Positions 33,102-46,428 of a stretch of 64,000 bases of DNA are shown piece after piece (position 1 is the stretch's first letter; every line of letters begins with the position of its first letter). Source of the DNA: Psammoneis japonica. Taxonomy: Eukaryota. The notes under the pieces are model-generated. The model saw nothing but the letters and a program-made list of their open reading frames with translations, had not been told where the DNA came from and did no database searches. Made by a program: the position numbers and the translations under genes. The stretch covers positions 186,001 to 250,000 of the forward strand of contig QPGO01000010.1 in the NCBI GenBank assembly GCA_008632985.1. The letters run 5' to 3'.

Positions 33102-36100
33102 TTAAAAGAAGAACGGGTCGTCGTCTGGATCCTCTTCCGTGTCGTCAATCTTTTCCAGATACCCACGGAGACTGTTGCTGACGGCCTTGTCTTCCTTACT
33201 CCTCTTCATCTCTCCTAAACTCGCCGCCCTAGTAACTCCGGCACTGATTGTTTGAGTTGGGTCCAAGGACATAAGTTGTTGCTGAAACGACAGGTCGAGA
33301 GGTCGGTTTCCTTCGCTCAGACGCTTCATGGTTTGAAAGGCGTCGCTCCCACCGTGATAAGATTGCAAGTCAGCAGATGAGTGAAACTTTCCGACCCGCG
33401 CAGACAGCCTCCCAAGGCTCTCCAGCAATTCCAATACTTCATCCACGTCATGAAGATAACTGGCAGCTGCACTCGGTTTCTGCCCGACCGTGCATGTTAC
33501 CACCTCCAAATCTGGCGCCACGAATTCATCACAGGAAGAAACATCGACTAGTGCCATGGTAGCGGGAGGCTCCGGCAATGGCTCTTCGCCTTTGGAGACT
33601 CTCCTGGCTTCAATGGCTCGTCGTCCAATCTGACGCACAATGGAAAGCATAGGCTCATCGCAGTGGTCATCGCCGAGCACAAGAGCAAAGTCGACTTTAT
33701 TTGCCAGAGAGATGGAAGGAAAGTGCTGCATAACACGCATGGCCAGCACCCCTTTGTTCACGCCCTTCGGGCGAACCTCCACGTATCCACCCTCCTTCAT
33801 TCCGCCGTGCAATATATCAACCGCAAAGCTCCTCAGCACGTTTGAAAGGTGATCCTCGAGCTCTCTGGCCTGTAGGTAGCCGAATTCTGGATCCGCATCT
33901 CGGTACTGCCAGAGAACTTTCATTTCTGTTTCCTCAATGTAGCTACCATGGGTTCTTGAAGTGTAGACTTCCATAATCGTTATAGCGATGGAACGCCATG
34001 AAGTATCTTGCTGCGGGACAATAGTTTCCCATCTTCGTTTTGAGCCAGCCTTACTGGTAGGCCATGATATAAAAAAACCATGCTCAGCAGCTAATCCAAG
34101 ATTCGGGATGTGATTTAATGTCTTGGTTAGAGAGTGTCGTTCCTTACCACTCACAACAAAGACTGTGTTCTTTTTATCAGAACACAGCTCCTTTACAGCA
34201 GCTAGCATTTCTTCTGTTGGCACGGACGTTTCACGGGCTTTCTTCACGAACTGAAACCGGAACATGTTGTCAAGCTAAAGCACAAACAGTTCAGAAGATG
34301 AGTCTCATCCGCGTAACGGAAAGGAAAAACGTGACGTGCAAGCGCTTTGACTTACATTGTCGTTGCTTGAAATGGTTCCACCGTAGTCAAGGAAGATCAG
34401 GCGAGCTCGGGCGTTTCTGTACAATTTGGCAACTGCATTGGTATCGAGGGACTGGAAGCCAGCGTCCATCCCAAGGAGTCGGTAGCCCAGGCCAAGTCCA
34501 GCCGCAGCATATTTTGTATTCTCGTTCTTCGAAACTCCCTTCAGATCCAGCATGACTGCCAACGCCCATCGTTGTGTCGTAACACGAGTAACAAACTCAG
34601 AAGCAGTACTGATTCGGCGCATCCGCTCCTCTTCCGACATTGTCAGAGCTAAATAGAAGGCGTTAGCGATCTCGGATACCTGCGACGGCAGAAACCTCTC
34701 GTAAGAAAAAGTCACAAGAAAAGGAGTACCGAAACAAATCATGATGAAAATTTGCCATACCTTCCACGGGTTGACATGAAGTGCGCCTCGCATCACACGA
34801 GTGCAGCTAGAAAACTCAGAAAGGATACAGAGCCCGCGTTTTCTGCCATCCGCCTTTCCCAGTTCTGTCAATGCATCCTGGTGCGCCAACGTGAACTCCT
34901 AAACCGAAGGAAACAAAGCCAGGTCACTGTTAGAGACGGCTTTCACAAGAAGCAGCACAAGAAAGGACAGCGCATTACATACCAACGGCGTTAGATTCAA
35001 CCCATCGCGAATTGGTGTCACCAGAGCCACATCTGCAGCCCGAAGTAACGACAAGCGTTGTTCGAGCTTCATTTCTCCTTCGCCACATTCCTGAAACTGA
35101 ACTGTTCCCGGCCAAGTTTGATTGATCTTATCGGCCATTTGGATAATTTCTTGTTTCGTTCTGGAGTAGTCGTCGGGGCGTTCGTATGCAGATATTCCGA
35201 CTTGCACAACAACAATCTTATCAGCAAACTCCGGACAACGCTGCAGGAATCGCTGCAGCCCAAGCAGCTTGAGTGGGATGCCCTTTAATGACTCGATCCT
35301 ATCGATGGCGCAAAACAAAATCTTTCCTCTAAATTGATTCCGAATGGCTAGTGCCTATGAGTGGATAAAGGGCGATCCGAAATTGAGTGAGTACTACCAC
35401 GGAGGAGCGTCAAACATAAAAACCTCCTGTATCCATACCTTTTCAAGCGTGCCGCCGTGTGTAAGTATTTGGTTCAATACAGGTGGCTCCACACCCGCAT
35501 GAATGCTTGTTACGGTCACGTGTCGTCCGTTTGAATCAATTGCAAGGTTGTAGCCCCCCGACGCATCAGGAATCATTCCGTAGTTCAACCCCAACAATCG
35601 ACGGCAACATGTCAAAAAGTGCCTTGCGTACTCAAACACATGGAATCCCACCTGATCAGCGTTCAGCATGCCGCGGAGTAAGTCCTCTCGACACCAGACA
35701 GTTCGGAATATCTCGGAACTAGGAAAGGGTGTGTGTAGAAATAATCCCACTTTTGCCATGGGAATACGTCTGGTTAGATAGGACGGCAGAACCATGAGAT
35801 GAAATCCGTGGACCCAAACAAGGTCGCCTCTCGTAAAACATTGCACCACGACATTTGCAAACTCTCGGTTCACAGAATTGTATGCTCCCCATAGATCTGC
35901 TTCTCGACCACCGTCACCGTGAATGGGGCCCTGTCCCACATCGTCAGTACTAACATGAGAAAATTGATTCGAGTCAGAGTCGAAAGCCCGAGCTGATTCC
36001 TGGAAGCCATCTCCCTCTTGCCGTCTGGAAGAGTAAACGGACGTGACGTGGTGCAATATCGGCCACAGCACACCCTTGCAGAATCCATTGTACCTAATCT

Positions 36101-37442
36101 CATTGAACATCGCACACAAAATTAGTTGCACAAACAACAAACGTCAACACAAACTACGGAACACGTCTCACTTACATGTCTCCAAAGAGAGTTGGATCTA
36201 CCCATACGGGTACACAATTGAACGGACGAAGGCACGCTTCGACAGCATCTCTTTCAGTCACGGGTACTCCCATTTCAGGGCTGCCATCCGGTCCCTGGTT
36301 GCCGTGCCATCCACGCCATTTCACAACCCCTACTCTTGTCACACGAAGGTGAGTCTGCATGGACAAAAGGGCCTCGTAGTCCCATTCAGCACTCCACCTT
36401 CCATCATCTGAACGATGCAGATGAACTGGCAGGAAGACGCTCACCACAACAAGTCCGTCTGTGGAATCTAAATGAACAGCATGTTTGGAATTGGGCGAAC
36501 CAGCGAGTGACCTCGGATGGTAGGGTGGTGGAACAGGAGCAAAGCCAACCTGCTTTTTCCTACGACTAGCAGCATTGTTACTTGCAGCCAGAGCCGTCCC
36601 CGAACCCATACTATGCATGCTTCCGTGACTCAGCACAGTGGTGCGTCGCGCAGGCGGTGACGAAGCTGGAGTAATGATGTGATCAATTGCCGGTGGGCCA
36701 GCAATAAAACCCAGCAGATCATCCACCGTATATGTCTCATTTGACTTTAACGACTTCAAAGGTAACTGATGGAACTGCGCTTCGTCAAAACTTTTGTGGT
36801 GTGTCACGTCCATTTCTATATCATCCTCCGGCGGAGCATCAGAAGGTTCTTCCCACCGATAAAACACTCCAGAGCGGAACACCGCGTACCGGTACTGACA
36901 CACCTGCTCACCCCCACCATCGGGAGACGGAAGCGTTATTGCAACTGGAACTACTGATGAGTACCACGGGTGACTTGAACCCGTTGTATACAGCGGAACC
37001 GGCTGTGGCATGAAAACAGAAAAAAAAGTTGAGCTCACATTTTCCCAGGAAATCACATCGAGCACGAAGCGATTTCAACTTCTGCTCTCTCAATAAAAAA
37101 TCCTTAAGGTGTCAGTGTGTTGTGTTGACATTAAGAGCAATAGTGGAGCGCATCACATGACGAGTTTCGCCAGAATCGACGCCATGGTATTGCTTCGTCG
37201 GGAGCTTTCTTCGCGAGTGCGTATGAGCGCTTCTCAACAGAAATCTACGTAGGAAGCAGTATCACAAGAATCGTTTTCGGAGCTCGAGCAGCACGTACCC
37301 GTGACATGGTGGGATCGTCTGAACGAACCAAAAATACCGCTTCGCCATGACCCAATTTTTCGCATCGGACACGGAATCGAACGTGTGCAACAAGTGCTCC
37401 CGAAGGCATACTCGACGTTGCCATTCTGTTTGGGTCCGCCAT
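33102..37442 (-). CDS. TPS: Trehalose-6-phosphate synthase/phosphatase (CBM20-like + GT20 + HAD/TPP); 7 exons: 37442-37299, 37002-36176, 36093-35439, 35354-34983, 34898-34761, 34679-34356, 34274-33102
   Basis: GT20 motifs YNGFCKGVLWP, GLFLHTPFPSSEIFR, KGIPLKL, RDGLNL, ILSEF, HVNPW. TPP motifs FLDYGGT, VVSGK, GLAAEHG, VEVRPKGVNKG, GDDHCDE. GT-AG introns restore the frame. Confidence 0.93.
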
Positions 37443-37909
37443 GGCTGAAATGATGATGATCCGTGCGTGTTTTTGCAGCGTCGGGTGTCAGCTTCGGTGT
37501 GTTCTCCTTGATGGAGGCAGCTTACGTGGCGTTGTACTGGGATTCTACAGCCTCTATCTCACCGGTGAGACGTACGCACGCCTGGCTGTCTTCAGATCTC
37601 TTCTTCCGACCGTCCGTCGTCGTACGAAGCGAAGGTCGTTGATCGGGGGATCAATGTAGTCGCATTACATCTCCACTGTACTCTACTTTGTCAACTCCGT
37701 CTTTGAACACTGCTTCATTATTTACTGTATGCTCGAATGTTTGATTAATTGGCGTGGCGGGCGTGGGCATGACCTTCATTTGAATTCGCACAGATTTTGT
37801 TCGTTAAGTGCGTGGAACAGTGTAAATCTTTTACATAAAAAGTCACATGCAGTCATTCAACATTCTTGCATATTGCAGATAGATAGGCAGGGCGGGAGAG
37901 CACTGCATG

Positions 37910-37987
37910 TCGATAATTATCGGATAATTATCGGATAATTATCGATAATTATCGATAATTATCGATAATTATCGGATGATTATCGGA
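37910..37987. repeat. Array of ~7 palindromic GATAATTATC units upstream of TPS
   Basis: tcgataattatcggataattatcggataattatcgataattatcgataattatcgataattatcggatgattatcgga; the unit is its own reverse complement. Confidence 0.95.
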
Positions 37988-39441
37988 ATATTTTCACATT
38001 CGTGGCCGAATAAAAGGAAAACGAAGAAAAGAGGGGATTGCGCACAAAGCCTGGGGTTAGCAAATTCACGACGCTTTTGGGCCACGTCCGCGCGGCCATC
38101 GCTGTGATTTTCGACAAAACGCTCATAACCCATAAAATCAATGTTTCTTCATCCAAAACGCAGACACGCGACGCAACTCAAGTCGACCATGAGATCGGTT
38201 GCGGCGGCGGCAATATTTAACACCAAGTGTAAGAAACACCTGGATAGTATGTTAAAACCTCATTATGATCATAAGGTAAGGGTACTAAAGCAAGAAATCT
38301 TCATTTGATGCCTTTAATCGTCATCTGAACTTTTCACTCAATTTCTTTGTGTCTTCTGCATCCGACACGACAGCAAATGTTTTGAAGGTGTACAGTGGAA
38401 TGTATTATGCAGGTACCCATGACTTGGACGATATATTCGATAAAGGTGACATAGAAAGTCACAAGCTCTTTCTTTGGCAGTGTTTTCCGTGTCAAAAACA
38501 AAAGCAAGCGCGGCAATCCTTGCTGTCACGATCATTTTCGACAATCAAATCGGCTCAATGTCTACATTAAACCATCCAAAAGTTTCAACCTACGCCTCAT
38601 ACTCCTCCCTCTATGCCTAAATGAGACGATCCTGGGTGGTTGTCAGAAGTCAAGAATCCATGCGAGTTCCTGAGGAGCCGTAAGCAGTTGGACCTCTGAT
38701 CCTGTGAATGTACCAGCTCCAACCAAATCGATGCGGAGCACAGCTTAAATTGTTCATATTGTCTGCAAAGATGCTTTTTTATGCGGTCAATGCTTCTTAA
38801 GATCGGGATCAAACTGTAGAAAATACTACCAGTGACTGGTAATTGACGATAGCTGGCCGGAACCCTTTTTACGGACACCCATTTTCATCATTTTGAGTGC
38901 ACGGAACGATGCGTAGTTTGTTAATAATGTAGATTTAAGGCTTAGAGTAGAGGTAGCTAGAGTATTCCTTGATCTGACAAAGAAAGCGAACGCGGTATCA
39001 TAGAGTCTACTGGCGAGGTTGAGCAACACCATGTACTTCTAGTTCCTTCTCCCTTCACTAATAGAAGTAGCTACCTGTTCTTAGCCTAGTGCTCCTTCTA
39101 TCGCACGCTTCGCAAACATTACAAATATGAGTACTACGTATGATTCCATGAGATGATTACTAGCGTTTGGTAAGAGTGAGCAACACCGTAATGTTTTGCT
39201 CCCCTTTCAGTTACCTTATAGCTCCGTGCTCCTTTTATCGTAATGTATGCTTGCCCCCTTCTCTTCCATTTTTCGAAAAAGAAACAGCGCTTTCAGTCAT
39301 ACTGCAGAGTGCTGCTCCCTCTTTTTTCCTCTCTAGAGTGACGAGTGCTGCTCCCCTTTCTATCTCTAGAGTGACGTGGTCTGCGTTTCAACAGCCTCCC
39401 TCGTCCTCTACAATAACGTCCTGAGCTCGCTTTCTTCAACT

Positions 39442-40273
39442 TCACGGAGGCAGCCACTGTTGGACTCGATCCATCAAAAAGTGGATCACCACTGGTATCA
39501 AAAGATTGTCAACATTGGCTGGACTCGTCGCTTCCACAAGTGCAGCTATACCCGAGTAACTCAAAACGATTCGTAGTGGAAAAATGGTCAATCCCATGAC
39601 GTACGGATACCAATAACAGCCCCAGACAGTCCCCAAGAAGCAAAACATGGACCCCTCCAACGTTTTCATTCGTCCCAGTGGCATTCTGAAAAAGTGTCGT
39701 CCGTATCGCTGGCCAATCAAGGCGGCCACTCCATCTCCAATGCCCAAGGCAGCCATAACGACGCAAGCTTCGTCCCGCATAAATCGATACCATCCGACCC
39801 AAATCATGACTAGTGTAAATTGAAGCGGACCATACAAGAGTTCCGATGGAGACGACGATCGAGACATGATAATGACATCCTGATCGTCGGGATTTCGTAA
39901 TATTGCGCCCTATGAGAAGCAGAGTATGGATGGGACGAAATAGATTGAAAGAACTGAACGCAGAGAAAAGAAACTAACTATTTTTTTCAATTCTCACCTT
40001 GTACACAAGTCTGACAGCCATGACGGCTGGCACCAATACATTAAGTCTCCATGACCAATGTGTCGTATCAAAGAGCGGCCAAAACAAAATACAAATAGCC
40101 GACGCCATGTGAACCATTTTCTGAGACGACTCGGGTGTCCACTGTACGAGCTGCCGTCTTCGAAGCGTTTCCAAAACCAAGCGAACGTACAAGACTGATA
40201 GCAGTACACTACAAACATTGTTCCATAACGGCGACAGACTCGAAGCACCGAGCCATTCTCGAAGCAGTGGCAT
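39442..40273 (-). CDS. Phytol/farnesol (polyprenol) kinase-like membrane protein; exons 40273-39998, 39909-39442
   Basis: SQKMVHM...FWPLF, MSRS...ELLYGPLQF, LGIGDGVAALIGQRYG, KTLEGS, VDNLLIP: the phytol/dolichol kinase pattern. Confidence 0.85.
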
Positions 40274-41172
40274 ACTGGCGATCTTCACTCAGCTTGTTGT
40301 ATGAGGGGTTTCCGCTCTGTATGTAAAGTTCTCTTTGTTCTGACGGGTTGTTGCTCTTATTGTAATTCTGGGTGTGATATACGTGCTTCCAGGCGTAAAT
40401 TATGTTGTCGAGTGTCAAGCTAAAGTCACTGTCGATTCCAATTCAGCCAGTAGGTACTTCTACACCGAGAGAGAGACAGCCTCAGAGGAGAAGCAGAACG
40501 CAAATTACAAAATTCGTACAAACAAAATCTCAACCAATAAACAACGCTCTCTTTTTTCTCTCGTAAACAATTCTTTAGTTGTATGTCCTCTCTTTACACA
40601 AGTAACTGCTGTCACTAACAAGGTAATGAGTTGAGCAAACACAGCAACTGCCCGCCAGACCCGACACAGAGATGCGAGTTGGAATGCTTTGTGTTGAAGC
40701 AAGAGATTTTTGGCGCGCTGGCGCTCTTTTTGTGGCGGGAACAGACAAGGAGACAGCCAGGCCAAAACCATTGAATGACTCGTCAATATGAACACCTTCG
40801 TCACTAAATATATGTATTCAAGAAAATACTATGTGCTGACGTAGGCATGAGAACCCAAAAATAAACGGAATTTAAATCTGCATGACATCAGAACATCATA
40901 AATTAATTATGCATTAATGAATAAAAATATTTTGCCGTTTGCAAAGTGCCTCGTTTCCGCCACAGACAAGAGGTTCACATACACGTAGGGCCCTAGAACT
41001 CGTACTAAAATCACGAGAATTCAACGTGCACACACAACTCATTTGAGAGTGGACGACCAAGAGCGACTGTGAAGACAGCGAGTGGGTGTTGACACTGAGA
41101 ATTACCGTGTCTACCATATTTCTTATTTTGCTGGAGAGTCTCTATATCGAAACTACGGCGAAACAAAACACC

Positions 41173-43395
41173 ATGGCCACGTCGTGTACCGCGACACCGG
41201 CTGAACCGAGCAGCGGCGGTGGAGCAACGCCTCCGGCGCTTTTCTCACCGACTGCCGAACCCGCCGCTGCCAACAAGAAAATTGTTGAAGCGTCGTATGC
41301 GTCGAGTAGCCCGTCGTTTGAACCATTCATTGAAGACGACGACAAAGAAGAAGAGTCTGGAGAAGAGGAAGAGGAACAGGAACCTGTCGACGTGAGCGAA
41401 GCAGACACTGAGAACGATGCTCTCGGCTTTTGGCAATTGCTCCTGACGTTGTACTTGCCGATTGCACTTCTATGGATGAGACGCTCCATGTTTGGAGTCG
41501 CCAACTTGGTCCGATCGCTCTTGATGGGACACTTGTTGAGATTGATATTGAACTTTTTCAGCGACCCATCGACAGAAAATAAGCGGCTACACTGGTGGGA
41601 TTCCTTACGAGAGGCTTCATGGCTACAACCGTTTCTGGACTCAAAAAAGGCGGACCCTCACGCTTGGCCGCCTCCAGCCTTGACTACACTAGCAATACTG
41701 ACGGTTTTCGCATTTGTCGTGCATCCAGATGGTCTGACGTGGATCATGTTGGGGAAACTCAGGTAAGCTCGTTTCTGCAACTCCAAATCGTGATGAGACG
41801 CGTTTCAAACACGAATCGATATCATCTTCGAGACCCTTCTCCCCCCGTTCGTGTTGTTGATTCGTGGTCTTCTCTCATTCGTGTTCTTCTTAACCTTGTT
41901 ATGTAGGGATTGCATATTCTCTTTCTTTACGCATTTGGGAAAAGCTCTGGGGACCATGATGGATACCTACGGGATACTGATAACTCTCATTGCGTCTGCT
42001 ACGTTATCAGCCTTGGTGTTTGTAGGCGTCATTGTCTATCGGACATTGTCACCACGACGTCGTCCAGAGACGGTTCAACAACCACGGAAAAAGAAACGCA
42101 AGGGAAACCAGAAATCAAGACAACGGATAAGGAGTCACGCCTCACCCAAGACATCGGCCAAGCAAAAACGAAAGAACAAAAGTGCTCCGCCGAGGCCGTC
42201 GTCACCGGTTCCACCTCCCTCTACCGAAAAGTTGGATGATCCACCTGTTCCGCTTGTAGACGATGCTACAGTCAGTTCGGATAAGCCTGCAAGGGGCCGT
42301 ATCGTGTCGACATCAACCCTTGATACCTTTCTCGTGGATGACCAGTCTTGTGATGAATCAACTTCTGCTCCTACCGTAGCCTCTGCCCCACCGGCGCCGT
42401 CTGTCAAGACAGTAAAACCGCAACAGCAGAGCTCGAGTGGAAGAAATGCGAAACCAAAACGGAAACAGCGAAGGAAAAGGAACTACAACAACAATGACCG
42501 CCGTGGTGGGAAATCGGCGGAACTTCCCGTATCTCCACACCTCTGGAACGAAGCACTCGCGCCAATCGTAATACTGGCGCTGCTCGTAAAAGTGATGCTG
42601 TGTTGCCGGACTATCGTGGATACACGTCTTCCTCGTTTTTCTCTGGAGGCGACGACAATTCTCAATCCTTCTTTTCTCAAGGCGTAGTCAGCCAGCCTCG
42701 TGCGACTAGGCATTTGCAGCAGCAACAGGACACACTTCGATACAACGTTCCACCCTATGGTGCAGGCGATGGACGATCTTCCCCGGCAAATTGGAATTGG
42801 CTGCCTTTTTGGCTCGTGCAAACGTGATCGGAACGGCGTGTGCTAGGCTTTTGGATGACTTGCCCAATGTGGATGCTTTGGAGTGGGTGTCGCCCAATGA
42901 CTTTGAAACAAAGTACCTGATTCCAGCTTCCAAAGTGCGAGAGATTCAATTCTTGTTGGAACAGAGGCGTCAGAACCGAGCTTGGAAGCCAAACACTACA
43001 ACTTTGAGTCCACCTCCGCTTCGTCCTCCTCCTGGATTGGGTGGCGTGGTGCATACCAAACCAACCATGACTAGCAACAATCGCACGGTGGGTGGCTTGA
43101 TGGACCGTACTGCTCCCGTCACCGTCACGGCCGACGTGGGTAGCATCAGCAATGCGCCCGTGCTTCCCGTTGCAGCGTCGACCGAGTCATCCTATCCTCC
43201 CTTTTACCAGGCTTCGTTTGGGCAGACGAGGAGTCCTCCTCGCGCGTCCTTTGAACCGCAGCAGTTGCCATCGGCAGAGAGCCCTATCTCGATTCGTATA
43301 GCGGTATGTCTATGGAGGAAGAGGAAGACAGCTTGATTGACCAAGAGTTGCAGGAGTTAGGTGGGCAAATGGTAACTTCGGTTTTGGATTTCTAA
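41173..43395 (+). CDS. Hypothetical membrane protein (intron 41763-41906) with three apparent frameshifts (~42535, ~42785, ~43270)
   Basis: Hydrophobic segments and WPPP...HPDG.TW; basic/Pro-rich middle; possible SAM-like stretch (LAAFLARANVIG...); C-terminal ELQELGGQMVTSVLDF* reached only by frame changes. Confidence 0.6.
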
Positions 43396-44643
43396 GCGAG
43401 TAGTGAGGGTGCCGGTGCATTTTGCAATGATCGTTTTTGGGACATGAATTGCAGCTCACAAGGGAAGTTGGCCTAGCTAGAGTATTTGATATCACTTTGC
43501 GCGGATGATAAGTTTTTTACTAAATTTCTAGTTCTGGAGTTTACGTTCCCTGGCTTTCAACAGTTTCCCCTCTCTCGCACTCGAGCTAGTAGACTAGATA
43601 CAGCAGGGAAGAGCTTTTAAGTCAGTTGGTATCGTACTGAGAAGCACACTCATCACTCTTGGTGGCGATCACTCGAAGAGCTGGTGGTTATGATATTTGA
43701 TTTGCGATGCCAATTAAGTACTTTCAGCGCCAGAGCAGTCTAGCTACCTGGTACATACATAGTACTGTATGGTCGGGAGAAGAGAAAACTAGAGTTAAAA
43801 GTGGTAATGTGTCTCTATATTGCGTACGTGTGCTAGCTAGCTAGAGGCTCGTTAAGTTGTCAACTAGTAGCTACTAGCTACTCTAGAGAGCTACTGTAGC
43901 TAAGGCATGTTACTCTACTAGCCCGACCCAATGCATTCGAAAAAATTGAAGGTTTTTTGGCTTTTGCCGCCAAAACTCTTCAACGGAAGCGTTCCCTAAG
44001 TGTGAATTGGCCCTAATTAACGGCACTATCACATCGCCTTGCCAAATTTTTAATTCAGAAAGACAAATAATGAAGCTTATCATTTGTGTCATTTAATACT
44101 GTATTTCGATAGCGCTTTTCCGATCGGTGGGCAGCATGCGGGAATGATTTGCGGTTGCCTATTTCACCTTCGTAACTACAGTATCCAATAAATTTAAACG
44201 AAATTTTCAAAGACAAATTCATCATAGTAAACCATCGAATTTATGTCGACATTAAGTAGAATGTTTCCGTTGAAATTTATAGTGCCCTTATAGACTGATA
44301 ATTTATAATTATTTTAAATAATTTTATTTAAAGGTCATCAATGTATAAGGTATTGTAGATAGTTGGATTGTTCTGACTCCGATTTCGCGCGCCGTTGTGG
44401 AAATGAATTTATTCAGACGTTTATGCGAGTTTTGAAAAAATGAAAGTTAGACGGTGAACTCTCCCACTTATTTCATGGATGTTCGCAACAAGCTTGTTGT
44501 GTTACATGTCCCACAATTGGTGAAGAAGCAACCGTGTTTGCCATCTCGTCCGAGAATCCATACTGTAACAGAATCGACGACTGAAGAAGGGTATCAGATT
44601 CGTAAACTCCGCTGTATATCATCTCAGAGAAAGACGCGAAGCT

Positions 44644-46428
44644 ATGGTTGCCGGACCCTCTGCATCTCACCAAGTACCCAGATCTCCTCCGTTCTGTGGA
44701 GTACCCGTCCCTCACGATGAAAGAAGGTCGCCGTCATCGAACCATAGGGGCAGTGGCGGAAGCGATAGTGGCAACGGAATGATTCCGTCCTTTATGGGGC
44801 TGGTGTCACCCTTCATGTCGTGCTGGCAGCCTGATATGAATTCCTGTGTCGCCCCGTCCATGGCGCGAGGAGGGCCTCCACAACAAGTGCCTGATTACCC
44901 CTCGCCTGCGAGTTCGCCCTTGCTAGATAGGCGAAAGCACCAGTCTACATCGTCGCTACCACAGCAAACGAACAACATCAGGACTCCGCACCCAAACGAT
45001 GTCTTGTGTGGTAGAGGCGGATCTTCGAATAGGCATGTGGGAAACACCAACTTCAGGAGTATTGTGGCTGCGAACAAGGAGATGTATGTTACACTTACGA
45101 AGAAACAGAAGATGTTGGTAGCCAGAGACATTGTACAAACCATTCATAATCAAGAGCCCCCGGGTCGTTTTCTTCAGAAGGACGCTGAATCCGGTCTGTG
45201 GTTTGACATTGGGTTACCACGAAGTCTCGAGAAGACCTCCCAAGCCTTACGAGAGAAGAACAGTGGGGACAAGGTTGTATCCTCTACTAAAGAGCACGAT
45301 GACTCAGGAACTGATGTCTCTGGTACCGCCACCCCGGTTCTTGTGTCTCCTCCCGGTTCCGTTGTGTCTGAGCCAACCTCGCCAGCAAGTCCAACCACTC
45401 CGGTCCGTACTGTGAGGAAGAGCAGCAAGAATATTAAGGCGCCACCTATCAAGATTCCTTCGCATCTTGAGGCGCAGTTCAATCGGAAGCTTTCCCGAAG
45501 TAATCAGCCGTCTCCATACGTGGACTACCGTTCACCGCCTCCGCAACATCTGCAACCCTACCCCACGTCCCCCATGTCTGACAACGTGCATCGTGTGGGA
45601 TCGGCTTCGCCACGAATGCCCCCGCCGTACTCACCCACGGCTTCGCATGGTCATCCTCACGGAACTTATCCTCCGCCACCGGTCCCTCATGGTGCTCCTC
45701 CTCCTCCTCCGCCGCCGCCCCCATCCCACCACTATGCGACATCACCACAACATGCGCCATCCCGGTACCCACCTCACTCTGGTGGGCACCATCCGGCTTC
45801 GCCACCAGGTCAGCATCATTACCATCCCCTCTCGCACGGTGGTCCTCCAAGGAGGGGAGTTCTGCCTCGGCAGAAACCGCATCATCCGTCGTATCCACAC
45901 GATGTTGCGGCTCATTTGGCGTACCCGAGCTTATCGGCTGGGTCCCCGCCGCGTAGGCCATCAGCCGCATCTTCGGCGGCGCCGTCTCGGTCTGGATACG
46001 CTTCTTCGCCCCCTCGTCGTTCACCCCATGGGACAAGGCGTGTAAGTCCACCAGATTTCAATCCTCCTCGCATCGTTGGTGAGTCGGAGAAGCCGAACCA
46101 GCCGAGGGGCAACCTTTCCCCCGGCCGCCAGCAGGTCCACAAGAAGCAAAGGACCAAATCCAGGTCGCCCAAGCGGGGTGTGAGAGCTGGTGACTCTCAC
46201 CATGCAATTACAGCATCTCTCTCTTATGACATGCAGAACCGCCTTTCTCTGACCGAGGGCGAAAGAAAAGAGAGCGATAGTGGTGCCATGACACCTCCAT
46301 CGATGGTGCTGCAAAGCCGTTCCAGAAGACAGGTTACCGAGACGGAGCAGGACGGACTATCCGGCCTAGCTGCTCTGGCCGGGGCGGCGCTCATGCAGCT
46401 TGACAAAGATGGGCAAGAGAAGCAGTAG
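44644..46428 (+). CDS. DUF6824-domain protein with long Pro/His/Ser-rich disordered regions
   Basis: PHPNDVLCGRGGSSNRHVGNTNFRSIV...KKQKMLVARDIVQTI...PPGRFLQ...W...EKTSQALRE is the diatom-expanded DUF6824 signature. Confidence 0.9.
   Translation: MVAGPSASHQVPRSPPFCGVPVPHDERRSPSSNHRGSGGSDSGNGMIPSFMGLVSPFMSCWQPDMNSCVAPSMARGGPPQQVPDYPSPASSPLLDRRKHQSTSSLPQQTNNIRTPHPNDVLCGRGGSSNRHVGNTNFRSIVAANKEMYVTLTKKQKMLVARDIVQTIHNQEPPGRFLQKDAESGLWFDIGLPRSLEKTSQALREKNSGDKVVSSTKEHDDSGTDVSGTATPVLVSPPGSVVSEPTSPASPTTPVRTVRKSSKNIKAPPIKIPSHLEAQFNRKLSRSNQPSPYVDYRSPPPQHLQPYPTSPMSDNVHRVGSASPRMPPPYSPTASHGHPHGTYPPPPVPHGAPPPPPPPPPSHHYATSPQHAPSRYPPHSGGHHPASPPGQHHYHPLSHGGPPRRGVLPRQKPHHPSYPHDVAAHLAYPSLSAGSPPRRPSAASSAAPSRSGYASSPPRRSPHGTRRVSPPDFNPPRIVGESEKPNQPRGNLSPGRQQVHKKQRTKSRSPKRGVRAGDSHHAITASLSYDMQNRLSLTEGERKESDSGAMTPPSMVLQSRSRRQVTETEQDGLSGLAALAGAALMQLDKDGQEKQ

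Noticed and set aside
43910..44400. AT-rich stretch as a MITE or centromere-like element
   Set aside because: No TIRs or TSD found; short and compatible with ordinary promoter DNA.
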